Source: Alphaproteobacteria bacterium
Lineage (GTDB): Bacteria > Pseudomonadota > Alphaproteobacteria > SHVP01
Reading direction: 5' to 3'
Assembly: GCA_016869765.1 (NCBI GenBank)
Contig: VGES01000011.1
Coordinates: 11,401 to 75,400 of the forward strand
DNA length: 64,000 bases
Under the pieces are notes generated by a model, which saw only the letters and a list, made by a program, of their open reading frames with translations, was not told the DNA's origin and did no database searches. Shown piece after piece: positions 31,603-46,107 of this stretch (position 1 is its first letter; each line of letters opens with the position of its first letter). The translations under genes and the position numbers were made by a program.

Positions 31603-32316
31603 ATGCCCAGCATTCTGATCACCGGGGCCAACGGCGGCCTCGGCGTCGAACTCACCCGGCAGTACAGCGCCGACGGTTGGCGGGTGCTGGCCGCTGTGCG
31701 CGACCCGGCAAGAGCGTCCGATCTCGACCCGATCGTGCGCGCCTCGGGAGGCGGGGTCACGTTGCATCGGCTCGACGTCAACGATCGTGCGCAGATCACG
31801 GCGCTGGCCAAGGACCTTGCCAGCGAATCGATCGACGTGCTGCTCAACAACGCCGGCCTGATGGAGAGCTGGGACTACACCTTCGGCAGGATCGACTACG
31901 CGCTATGGGAGCGAATTCTCCGCACGAACCTGATCGCGCCCGTCAACGTCGCGAACGCGTTTCTCGCTCATGTGGCGCGCAGCGAACGCAAGCTCGTGGT
32001 GACCCTGAGTTCCGGTCTCGGCAGCATGACCGACAACACGTGGGGCAAGCGTCTGTCGCCAGGCAGGCTCTATATGTACCGAAGTTCCAAGGCCGCGATG
32101 AACATGGCGACCAAGTGCCTGAGTTTCGACCTCAAGCCCCGCGGCGTCGCCGCCGTCGTGATCACACCGGGCCATGTCCGAACACGCATGGGCGGACCGG
32201 GCGCGCCGCTCGCCGCCGAGGAAAGCATCACCAACGTCCGTAAGGTAATCGCCGGCCTTACCCTCAAGGACAGCGGCAAGTTCTTCTTCTACACCGGCAG
32301 CGAATATCCCTGGTAA
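31603..32316 (+). CDS. Short-chain dehydrogenase/reductase, CsgA-like (copy 1)
   Basis: ITGANGGLG, LNNAG, YRSSKAA, PGHVRTRMGG; GGAGG RBS. Confidence 0.93.
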   Translation: MPSILITGANGGLGVELTRQYSADGWRVLAAVRDPARASDLDPIVRASGGGVTLHRLDVNDRAQITALAKDLASESIDVLLNNAGLMESWDYTFGRIDYALWERILRTNLIAPVNVANAFLAHVARSERKLVVTLSSGLGSMTDNTWGKRLSPGRLYMYRSSKAAMNMATKCLSFDLKPRGVAAVVITPGHVRTRMGGPGAPLAAEESITNVRKVIAGLTLKDSGKFFFYTGSEYPW

Positions 32317-32330
32317 CACCGGAGCACCTC

Positions 32331-33002
32331 ATGCCCACCATCTTCATCACTGGCGCCAACCGCGGTATCGGGCTCGAAGCGGCTCGGCAATTCGCGGCTT
32401 CGGGATGGAGCGTTCACGCCTGCTGCCGAAATCCGGGCAAGGCCGATGCCCTCAAGGCGATCAAGGGCGTCACCGTGCATGCCCTCGACGTCGGCGACTT
32501 CAAGGCGATCGATGGGCTCGCGGCCAAGCTTCGCGGCACTCCAGTCGATGTGTTGCTCAACAACGCCGGCATGAACGCGAGAGTCGAACTCGGCACCATC
32601 GACTACGAACGTTGGGCCGAGTTGTTCCGCGTCAACACCATGGCGCCGCTCAAGTTGTGCGAAGCCTTCGCCGAGCACATCGCCGCGTCCGGCCGCAAGC
32701 TGATCGTCAACATTTCGAGCATCATGGGCTCGATCACCCATTCCAACGGCAAGTGGTACCCCTATCGTTCGTCCAAGGCGGCGCTCAATATGGTGAGCAA
32801 GTGCCTGTCCGGCGATTGGGCATCGCGCGGTATCACCGTGATCAGCGTCCATCCCGGCTGGGTGCGCACCGACATGGGAGGACCCAACGCGTCCGTCTCG
32901 GTCGAGGACAGCGTCAAGGGCATCAAGAAGCTGATCGAAGGCGCCGGCCCGGCCGCCAACGGCCGCTTCTACCAGTACGACGGCGCCGAACTGCCGTGGT
33001 GA
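32331..33002 (+). CDS. Short-chain dehydrogenase/reductase, CsgA-like (copy 2)
   Basis: ITGANRGIG, LNNAG, YRSSKAALN, HPGWVRTDMGG. Confidence 0.94.
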   Translation: MPTIFITGANRGIGLEAARQFAASGWSVHACCRNPGKADALKAIKGVTVHALDVGDFKAIDGLAAKLRGTPVDVLLNNAGMNARVELGTIDYERWAELFRVNTMAPLKLCEAFAEHIAASGRKLIVNISSIMGSITHSNGKWYPYRSSKAALNMVSKCLSGDWASRGITVISVHPGWVRTDMGGPNASVSVEDSVKGIKKLIEGAGPAANGRFYQYDGAELPW

Positions 33003-33009
33003 GCGAGCC

Positions 33010-33729
33010 ATGCCCCGCATCCTGATCACCGGCGCCAACCGCGGTCTCGGGCTCGGTGTCGCCAGAATTCTCGCCCGGCGCGGTTGGCAGGTTCATGCCA
33101 CCTGCCGAAATCCGGCGAAGGCCGAGGCCCTCGCCGCCCTCGCCAAGGACACCGGTCGTGTCACCGTCCATGCTCTGGAAGTTACGGATTTTCCGGGGAT
33201 CGAGCGGCTGGGCCGGGAACTCGCCGATGCGGCCATCGACGTGCTGCTCAACAACGCCGGCATAATGAACGCCTCGCAGCGCACGTTCGATCGTGGTTCG
33301 AATGCGCATGGTCTCGGGCAATTCGACGATGACGAATGGATGCAGGTGCTGCGAGTCAACACCATGGCGCCGCTGAAGATGGCAGAGGTGTTCGTCGAGC
33401 ACGTCGCACGCAGCGATCGTAAGGTCATGGCGACCATTTCCTCGATCATGGGCTCGATCGGCGAACTCAACGCCGGACGCTGGTACCCCTATCGCACATC
33501 GAAGACCGCCGTGAACATGGTGATGCGCAACCTCGCCGCCGACTTGAAGCCGCGTGGCATCGCCGCGATCGCGATTCATCCCGGATGGGTGCGCACCGAA
33601 ATGGGTGGACCCAGCGCCGCCGTCTCGATCGAAGACAGCACGTCGGGTTTGGCCGAGGTGATCGAGCGCGCCTCGTTTGCCGACTCGGGCAAGTTCCTCA
33701 CGTGGCAAGGCAAGGAGATGGCCTGGTAG
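33010..33729 (+). CDS. Short-chain dehydrogenase/reductase, CsgA-like (copy 3)
   Basis: ITGANRGLG, LNNAG, YRTSKTAVN, HPGWVRTEMGG. Confidence 0.94.
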   Translation: MPRILITGANRGLGLGVARILARRGWQVHATCRNPAKAEALAALAKDTGRVTVHALEVTDFPGIERLGRELADAAIDVLLNNAGIMNASQRTFDRGSNAHGLGQFDDDEWMQVLRVNTMAPLKMAEVFVEHVARSDRKVMATISSIMGSIGELNAGRWYPYRTSKTAVNMVMRNLAADLKPRGIAAIAIHPGWVRTEMGGPSAAVSIEDSTSGLAEVIERASFADSGKFLTWQGKEMAW

Positions 33730-33798
33730 GAAGACAACGGATCGCCGACCTTGGGGCGGTCGGCTAGAGTCGTTGGTGGTGCAGCGACGGAGGAACCC

Positions 33799-34641
33799 AT
33801 GGCACGACCGCACATCGAATTCATTCAGGCGCAGGCGTTGCCCTGGAGCAATGGGCTCTACGGCAGCGGTCGCGCTGACGTCGAGTCGAAGATCCTCAGC
33901 CTTGATTCGACGACCAAAGCCTCGACCGGCATCGTGCGTTATCCGGCCGGCTGGTCACGCCCGACGGCCGAGCACCTCACGGTCGACGAAGAATTCCTGG
34001 TGCTGGACGGCGTGATCGAGATCAACGGCCAGCGCTACCACGAGTACTGCTACGCCAATCTGCCCGCTGGTTACGTGCGGCGTACGGCGTCGAGCACGCC
34101 GGGCGCGGTGCTGCTCAGCATGTTTTCGGGCGAACCCAGGGTCGTGGCCGGTGACCGGGGTCCAACGGTCGATCGCCGCAAACTGGTGGCGTTCATCGAT
34201 GCCTATGCGCAGCCGTGGGGCGGCGCCGAGGACGTCGGAAACCCGGGCCTCAAGGAACTCGGGGTCCGGGCCAAGTGGCTGCGCCGTGATCCGGACACCG
34301 GCGAGGAAACCTACATGCTCGCGATGCTGCCGTGGACCGAGGAGCGCACCGAGACCCATCCCGTGGTTCAGGAGATGTTTCTCTTGTCCGGCGAGCTGGC
34401 TGGCGGCTCGGTCGGCATGATGCAGCCGGGCGGGTACTTCTGGCGGCCGGAGGACAAGATTCACGGCCCCTTCACGTCGCGCACCGGCAACCTCGTGTTC
34501 ATGCGCGCCATGGGCGGCAGGCTGGCCACCACGTTCCACGGGCGCAAGGCCGCGACCCATTCGCCCGCGTTCAACCCGATCCTGCCGCCGGAACTGAGGT
34601 CCTACGCCAAGGCGCCGGCGCCGACGATCAGTCGCTACTGA
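33799..34641 (+). CDS. Double cupin protein, DUF4437-like
   Basis: GGAGG RBS; MARPHIEFIQAQALPW; EEFLVLDG, ETHPVVQEMFLLSG, GYFWRP...HGP. Confidence 0.75.
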   Translation: MARPHIEFIQAQALPWSNGLYGSGRADVESKILSLDSTTKASTGIVRYPAGWSRPTAEHLTVDEEFLVLDGVIEINGQRYHEYCYANLPAGYVRRTASSTPGAVLLSMFSGEPRVVAGDRGPTVDRRKLVAFIDAYAQPWGGAEDVGNPGLKELGVRAKWLRRDPDTGEETYMLAMLPWTEERTETHPVVQEMFLLSGELAGGSVGMMQPGGYFWRPEDKIHGPFTSRTGNLVFMRAMGGRLATTFHGRKAATHSPAFNPILPPELRSYAKAPAPTISRY

Positions 34642-35567
34642 CGCTTCTGGTAGGGAAAGTACTTGCGCCAGTGTCGCGCGATTTCGTCGCGCCGACAGAC
34701 CCACACCTGTTCGTGCCCGCGCGCGTATTCGATGAAACGCTTGAGGGCGGCGAGCCGCCCCGGGCGTCCGACCACGCGCGGATGGAGGCCGACCGACATC
34801 ATCTTGGGTGCGGTTGCCCCTTCTTCGTAGAGCACATCGAAGGTGTCCTTCATCGTGTTGAAGAACTGGTCCCCGGCGGTAAAACCGCCGGCGATCGTGA
34901 AGCGCATGTCGTTGACCTCGAGCGAGTAGGGGATCACCAGGACGGGATGGCCGGCCTCTTCGACCCAATAGGGGAGATCGTCGGCATAGGAGTCCGAGTC
35001 GTAGAGGAAGCCGCCCTCCTCCGCTGCTAGGCGCCGCGAATTCAAACTGCCACGACCGGCGAACCAACCGTAGGGGCGATCGCCTGTGGTCTTGCGAATC
35101 GCCTCGATCGCCAGCGTCATGTGGCGCTTCTCTTCCGCCTCGCTGAAATCGCTGTAGTCGATCCAGCGATAGCCGTGGGTGGCGATTTCATGACCGCCGT
35201 CGGCCATCGCCTTGGCGGCAACGGGATTGAGTTCCATCGCCTGGCCAACGGCATAGACCGTGCACTTGACGTCGAAGCGGTCGAACAGCCGCAGGATGCG
35301 CCAGATCCCGGCGCGCGATCCGTAGTCGTAGGTCGATTCGGTGAGGAGGTTGCGCACCCCCTCGCGGGCCGCGAACGTCGCATGGCCGGGGACCTCGGTC
35401 ATCAGCCCCTCGGAGTGTTTGTCGCCGTTGAGGATCGAGTGCTCCGCACCCTCTTCGTAGTTGATGACGAAGTTGATCGCGATTCGAGCCTCGCCCGGCC
35501 AATGCGGGTTGGGCGGGTTCGGTCCATAACCGATGAAGTCGCGTGCGTACGGGGTCTTGGCCCTCAT
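34635..35567 (-). CDS. puuE: Allantoinase PuuE (polysaccharide deacetylase fold)
   Basis: RDFIGYG, WPGEARIAINFVINYEEGAE, YDYGSRAGIWR, HGYRWIDY, YADDLPYW, KMMSVGLHPRVVGRPGR. Confidence 0.85.
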   Translation of the reverse strand: MRAKTPYARDFIGYGPNPPNPHWPGEARIAINFVINYEEGAEHSILNGDKHSEGLMTEVPGHATFAAREGVRNLLTESTYDYGSRAGIWRILRLFDRFDVKCTVYAVGQAMELNPVAAKAMADGGHEIATHGYRWIDYSDFSEAEEKRHMTLAIEAIRKTTGDRPYGWFAGRGSLNSRRLAAEEGGFLYDSDSYADDLPYWVEEAGHPVLVIPYSLEVNDMRFTIAGGFTAGDQFFNTMKDTFDVLYEEGATAPKMMSVGLHPRVVGRPGRLAALKRFIEYARGHEQVWVCRRDEIARHWRKYFPYQKRQ

Positions 35568-35586
35568 TGGTCCCTCCGATCGTGAT

Positions 35587-35598
35587 GTTGTATACAAC
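35587..35598. promoter_or_regulatory. Perfect palindrome GTTGTATACAAC, putative operator (GntR/HutC-like)
   Basis: 12-bp perfect inverted repeat in the short divergent puuE/antitoxin spacer. Confidence 0.6.
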
Positions 35599-35649
35599 GC
35601 AATCAACGCATACCATGGCCAAACCCTCCATTGGATTCGGGGAATGGGC

Positions 35650-35919
35650 ATGCCACCAACCGTCACTCTATCGTTCCGCGTCGCGGAAGAGGATGCCAAG
35701 CGGCTCGACCAGTTGGCGCAGGCCACCGATCGCCCGCGGTCCTGGCACCTCGAAAAGGCCCTGAGCGCCTACATCGCGGAACAGGCCTGGCAAGTGGCCC
35801 AGATTCATCGCGGGATCGCGGACCTCGACGCGGGTCGCTCGGTACCGCACGACAGAGTCTCCGCTTGGCTCCGAACATGGGGCACCAAAGCTGAGGGCCA
35901 GCCACCCGATGAAGATTAG
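35650..35919 (+). CDS. Ribbon-helix-helix (CopG-like) antitoxin
   Basis: TLSFRV..EDAKRLDQLA..DRPRSW, IHRGIADLDAGR, VSAWLRTWGT; start 35650 or 35644. Confidence 0.88.
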   Translation: MPPTVTLSFRVAEEDAKRLDQLAQATDRPRSWHLEKALSAYIAEQAWQVAQIHRGIADLDAGRSVPHDRVSAWLRTWGTKAEGQPPDED

Positions 35920-36196
35920 GTGGTCGAAGCGCGCGATCGAGGACCTAACAGCGATCCGCCGTTACATCGCCGCGGACAACCCACGGGCGGCCCAGCAGGT
36001 CGCCAGGGCCATTGCGGTCGGTGCCGAGAATTTGTCGGCGCACCCCCAGATTGGCCGCCCAAGCCACGTGCCCAACGTCCGCGAACTCATCGTACCAGGA
36101 CTGCCGTATCTCATCGCCTACCGCGTGCGCGAGGACACCATCGAGATTATTGCGATCCTGCATGGCGCTCGCGATCGGACGAACGTCAGCCTGTAA
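35909..36196 (+). CDS. Type II toxin, ParE/RelE family
   Basis: MKIRWSKRAIEDL..IRRYIAADNP, PQIGR, RELIV..LPYLIAYRV, ILHGAR. Confidence 0.9.
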   Translation: MKIRWSKRAIEDLTAIRRYIAADNPRAAQQVARAIAVGAENLSAHPQIGRPSHVPNVRELIVPGLPYLIAYRVREDTIEIIAILHGARDRTNVSL

Positions 36197-36201
36197 CCCC
36201 C

Positions 36202-39887
<3,686 letters not shown>

Positions 39888-39891
<4 letters not shown>

Positions 39892-40799
39892 GAGTTGGCC
39901 TTCTGCACGATCGGCCGCAGCCCCAGGATGTGGGAGATCGCGTAGGTCAGGTCCGCCCGATTGAGCGTGTAGAAGTGGAACTCACCGATGCCTGCAGCCT
40001 GCAGCCGCCGGCACTGTTCGGCGGCAATCGTGGCCCCGACGAGCTTGCGCGTCTCCGCGTCCTGTTCGAGCCCCTCGAACAGGCGCGACAGCCATCCCGG
40101 CACGCGAGCGCCGATCGCTTCGCAGAAACCACGCGCGGCGGCGAAATTGGTGACCGGCATGATGCCGGGCACAATCGGAATGGTGATGCCAGCGGCACGA
40201 ACGCGATCGAGCCAGCGCAAATAGTTGTCGATATCGAAAAAGAGTTGTGTGATCAGCCGATTGGCGCCGGCGTCGACCTTACGCTTGAGGAAATCGATGG
40301 CGGCGGCCGGGCTCGGTGCATCGGCATGGACCTCGGGGTAGGCCGCAGCGCTGATCTCGAAGGCCGCGATACGACGCAGGCCGGCGATCAACTCGACAGA
40401 GTTCTGGTAGCTGTCGGGATGGGGCGTGAAATTCTTGACGTCCTTGGGCGGATCGCCGCGCAGCGCCACGATGTGACGCACGCCGGCTTGCCAGTATTCG
40501 TGGGCGATGGCATCGACCTCGCTACGGCTGGCGCCAACGCAGGTTAGGTGCGCCGCGGGCACAAGCGAGGTCTCTTCGAGGATGCGCACGACCGTGGTGT
40601 GGGTTCGCTCGCGCGTCGTCCCGCCGGCCCCGTAGGTCACGGAGACGAAGCGCGGCGCGAGGGGTTCCAGCCGGCGGATCGCCTCCCAGAGCTGATCCGC
40701 CATCTTCTCGGTCTTGGGCGGGAAGAATTCGAAGGACACCGCCGGTGCCGCCGCCGTGTTGGCATCGGTGATCAGGCCCAATGGATGCAATCCGGTCAT
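39888..40799 (-). CDS. metF: 5,10-methylenetetrahydrofolate reductase
   Basis: [35 protein letters not shown]; start re-set to ATG 40799 overlapping the upstream stop. Confidence 0.97.
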
Positions 40800-41773
40800 G
40801 GGCGCCGCCCTCGCGTGGCCGACGGTTTGACGGCGGTCCAAATCGTTACGGTCAACGGATTTCCCTCGAGGTGAATGGGGCGCTCAGGCTTGAGACCCGC
40901 GGCCGCACACCACTCCGCCACCTCGGGGTCGGCGAAGCCAAGCCGACGGTGTGCGTGTTCCTCGCGCAGGCTTTCGATGTCGTGGGGTGCGAAATCGACG
41001 ACGATCAGCTGCCCACCCGGGCGCAAGACCCGCGCCCCGTCGCTGATCGCCGCGGCCGGCTCCTCCGCGAAGTGCAGAACCTGATGGTAGGTCACGAGGT
41101 CGATCGAGGCCTCCGCCAGCGGCAGGCTGTACATGTCGGCCAGACGCACCTGGCAGTTGTCGAGGCCGAGTCGTTCGATATTGGCCCGCGCCAACGCGAG
41201 CATTTCGCGGGAGAGATCGATCCCGGTGGCGTTCGCGACGCGCGGCCCGAACAGCTCGAGCATACGCCCGGTGCCGGTGCCGACATCGAGCATGTCGTGG
41301 GCCGGGCGCTTGGCCACGAGGTCCTCAAGCACGCGCTCGACGTCGACCTCCGGCACATAGAGCGATCGGATCTCGTTCCACCGCACGGCATTCTTTCGGA
41401 AGTACGCATTCGCTGCTTCGGCGCGCTGACGCTTGATGGCCGCCAACCGCATCAGGTCGCCCTCGACCACGTCGTCGCCGGCGGGGACCAGGTCCGCAAG
41501 CGTGCGAGCGAGTGGCGCATTCAGCCCGGTGCGCGCGATTCGGTAGAGCACCCACGATCCTTCGCGCAGCCGCTCGAGGAGGCCCGATTCACACAGCAGT
41601 TTCAGATGCCGAGAGACGCGCGGCTGGCTCTGGCCCAGAATGTGGGTCAGGTCGCTGACCGTGAGTTCCGACCGTGCCGTCAGGGCAAGGAGGCGCATGC
41701 GCGTGGGCTCGCCAGCCGCTTTCAAGGCGGCCAGCAAGGGCTCCATCGCGCTCGGCTTGGCGTCCCCAACCAT
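40796..41773 (-). CDS. sahR: ArsR HTH plus SAM-binding methyltransferase-like regulator (SahR type)
   Basis: GEPTRMRLL, QSQPRVSRHLKLL, REGSW; LDVGTGTGRML; directly upstream of metF-metH. Confidence 0.85.
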   Translation of the reverse strand: MVGDAKPSAMEPLLAALKAAGEPTRMRLLALTARSELTVSDLTHILGQSQPRVSRHLKLLCESGLLERLREGSWVLYRIARTGLNAPLARTLADLVPAGDDVVEGDLMRLAAIKRQRAEAANAYFRKNAVRWNEIRSLYVPEVDVERVLEDLVAKRPAHDMLDVGTGTGRMLELFGPRVANATGIDLSREMLALARANIERLGLDNCQVRLADMYSLPLAEASIDLVTYHQVLHFAEEPAAAISDGARVLRPGGQLIVVDFAPHDIESLREEHAHRRLGFADPEVAEWCAAAGLKPERPIHLEGNPLTVTIWTAVKPSATRGRRP

Positions 41774-41776
41774 GAG

Positions 41777-41809
41777 AAAGATATAAGTATATCTTTATAT
41801 TTCAGTCAA
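41777..41809 (-). promoter_or_regulatory. SahR-type operator overlapping the promoter
   Basis: AT-rich near-palindrome ATATAAGTATATCTTTATAT (41781-41800), overlapping AAAGATATA-AG-TATATCTTT (41777-41796); minus-strand TTGACT at 41809-41804. Confidence 0.75.
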
Positions 41810-42059
41810 TATGGGCGCTGCGCCAAGACCTGCGTACTTTCCCGTATACGTTTGTTAAGGCTGAACAAGTAGCTTGGCACGACGGGGCGAGCGGTCGCAC
41901 CCCTCTCGCGACCGGAGGGGAAACTATGCTAAGTCAACGGCTGCATCCGTCGGGGGAAGCGGTTTGCAGGCGGCACGCGAGGCGAACCAAGCGAGGATTG
42001 CCGGGGCGTGCCGTGGAGCGACGTTGGGCCGAAGTCAGGGTAGGCGGACAGTTAGTCAA

Positions 42060-42794
42060 ATGAAGCGGTGGGTTCACGAGCTGCGGTCGCTGACCGCGGG
42101 TCTGGCGGGGTTGCTCGTCGTTGCGGGCTGCGCGTCGCCCACCTCGACGAAGAACGAAATCCCCGACCCATTGGAGGGTCTCAACCGCTACGTCTTCAAC
42201 TTGAACGTATTGTTCGATGACGTGCTGTTGCGTCCAACCGCACAAGCCTACCGCGAGGTCGTGCCCGAGTTCGGCCAGCGCGGCATTCGCAACTTCCTCG
42301 ACAATTTGGAAAGCCCGGTAACGCTCGCCAACGATGTCTTTCAGGGCGAATTGACCCGCGCTGGAAACACGACCGCGCGATTCCTGATCAACACCACGGT
42401 GGGGATCGGCGGCGTGTTCGATGTGGCTACGGACGTCGGCTTCGAACGTCACGAGGAAGATTTCGGCCAAACGCTGGGACGCTATGGCGTCGACCATGGC
42501 TTCTACCTGGTGCTGCCGTTGTTCGGACCCTCGAGTGGACGCGACGCGGTCGGTCGCGTCGGTGACTATTTCCTCGACCCATTGAACTACTACGCGCGCA
42601 ACACCGATCGGCGCTGGATTTCGCTCGTCCGCACCGGCGTGAACGCGGTTGATCTGCGGGCACGCAACCTCGATACGCTCGATGACATCGAGCGGACCTC
42701 GACCGACCTCTACGCCACGATTCGCAGCATCTACCGGCAGCGTCGTGCCTCCGAAGTGGCGAACGGGGCCGCCCCGAAGCTGCCCGACGAATAG
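42060..42794 (+). CDS. mlaA: VacJ/MlaA lipoprotein
   Basis: Lipobox VAGC, DPLEGLNR, RFLINTTVGIGG, EDFGQTLG, YLVLPLFGPS..RD. Confidence 0.94.
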   Translation: MKRWVHELRSLTAGLAGLLVVAGCASPTSTKNEIPDPLEGLNRYVFNLNVLFDDVLLRPTAQAYREVVPEFGQRGIRNFLDNLESPVTLANDVFQGELTRAGNTTARFLINTTVGIGGVFDVATDVGFERHEEDFGQTLGRYGVDHGFYLVLPLFGPSSGRDAVGRVGDYFLDPLNYYARNTDRRWISLVRTGVNAVDLRARNLDTLDDIERTSTDLYATIRSIYRQRRASEVANGAAPKLPDE

Positions 42795-42807
42795 TCCCGA
42801 GCATCGG

Positions 42808-43425
42808 ATGTCCGCTGGCTTGACGCGTTTCCTCGTCCTGGCTGTGGTCGTGTTGGCCGCAGCCGTCCTGAATTCCCCGACCCGTGCGGCGACACCGTCC
42901 GAGTTCATCGCCAAGCTCGGTGATGACGCCGTTCAGATGCTCGGGAGCAAAGAACTGTCGGATCAACAGAAGGTCGATCAGTTCCGGACCCTGCTCACCA
43001 AGGGGTTCGATGTCGCACTCATCGGCCGGCTGGTGCTCGGCCGAAACTGGCGTACGGCGAGCGATCAGGAGCGCAACGAATACACCAAATTGTTCGAGCA
43101 GTTCATCGTCGACTCCTACGCCTCGCGCCTCGGGCGCTACGGCGGTGAGAGCCTCAAGGTCAAGGGTGCGCGCGCCGACGATGCCGATTTCATCGTCGCG
43201 TCCGACCTGATCCAGCCCAACGGTCCGCCGGTGAAAATCGAGTGGCGCCTTCGCGGCAAGGACCCCGACTACAGAGTGGTCGACATCATCGTCGAGGGCG
43301 TCAGCATGGTGATCACCCAGCGCGACGAGTTCGCGGCCGTCGTGCAGCGCTGCGGTGGCAGGCTCGACTGCCTGTTCGATCGGCTACGCGACAAGAATTT
43401 CGCGGCCGCCTCGGGCAAGAAATAA
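42808..43425 (+). CDS. mlaC: MlaC/Ttg2D phospholipid-binding protein
   Basis: Signal peptide; RLVLGRNWR, VVDIIVEGVSMVITQRDEF. Confidence 0.92.
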   Translation: MSAGLTRFLVLAVVVLAAAVLNSPTRAATPSEFIAKLGDDAVQMLGSKELSDQQKVDQFRTLLTKGFDVALIGRLVLGRNWRTASDQERNEYTKLFEQFIVDSYASRLGRYGGESLKVKGARADDADFIVASDLIQPNGPPVKIEWRLRGKDPDYRVVDIIVEGVSMVITQRDEFAAVVQRCGGRLDCLFDRLRDKNFAAASGKK

Positions 43426-43441
43426 CGGGCGACGCGTTCGC

Positions 43442-45124
<1,683 letters not shown>

Positions 45125-45237
45125 GGCTGCCGCCTTTGTCGTACGGCGCGGCTTGTAAACCAGGGGCCTGACGGACTCAACCACGAAGCGCGCCCGGGGT
45201 TGTCGTCGCCAACGAAAGCGGGCACATTCGGTCCCGT

Positions 45238-46107
45238 ATGACGCTCAACGATCGGCCAGCCCCGGGGCCCAACGCCCAGCAAATCGACTTTTGGAACGGC
45301 GAAGAGGGCGAGAAATGGGCGGCCTCCAACCAACGCCTCGACCTGATGCTCGAACCCGTGGGCCGGCATCTCTTGGCTCGGGCGGCCCCGCGACCGGGCG
45401 AATCCGTGCTCGACATCGGTTGCGGCGGTGGCGCGACGTTGCTCGAACTCGCCCGCCACGTCGGGGACTCGGGCCGCGTGACCGGGATCGACATCTCCGG
45501 GCCCCTGCTGGCGATTGCGCGCGAGCGGGCGCAACGGGCCGCGGCTCCGGTGGATATCGTGTTGGCCGACGCCGAGACCCACCCGCTGCCCTCGGAACAG
45601 TTCGACCTCGCGCTCTCTCGTTTCGGAGTCATGTTCTTCGCAAATCCGGCCGCGGCCTTCGCCAACCTGCGGCGCGGGTTGCGCCCGGGCGGACGCTTGA
45701 CGTTCGTGTGCTGGCAGCCGATGGCGCGCAATCCCTGGATGACCGTGCCGCGGGAGGTCGTCATGCGTTATGTCACGCCACCGCCCCGCCCGGACCCTTT
45801 GGCCCCCGGCCCCTTTGCTTTCGCCGATCCGATGCGCGTGCGGAACATTCTCGCGGACGCCGCGTTCGGCGCCTTCCAGATCGAAGCCTTCGATACGGCG
45901 CTTACCGTGGGTGGCGGCACCCTCACGGGGGCGATCATGGCCACCGTCCGCGACGGTCCGATGGCCAACCTGATCGCACCGCTGCCGGCCGAGCGCCAGG
46001 CACAGCTGGAAGCGGATCTCCGCGACGCCTACCAGCCCTTCGTCCGCGACGACGGGACGATCGCGCTACCCGCCGCCTGTTGGGTCGTCACCGCGACCAG
46101 GGCCTAG
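45238..46107 (+). CDS. Class I SAM-dependent methyltransferase
   Basis: [32 protein letters not shown]. Confidence 0.9.
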   Translation: MTLNDRPAPGPNAQQIDFWNGEEGEKWAASNQRLDLMLEPVGRHLLARAAPRPGESVLDIGCGGGATLLELARHVGDSGRVTGIDISGPLLAIARERAQRAAAPVDIVLADAETHPLPSEQFDLALSRFGVMFFANPAAAFANLRRGLRPGGRLTFVCWQPMARNPWMTVPREVVMRYVTPPPRPDPLAPGPFAFADPMRVRNILADAAFGAFQIEAFDTALTVGGGTLTGAIMATVRDGPMANLIAPLPAERQAQLEADLRDAYQPFVRDDGTIALPAACWVVTATRA

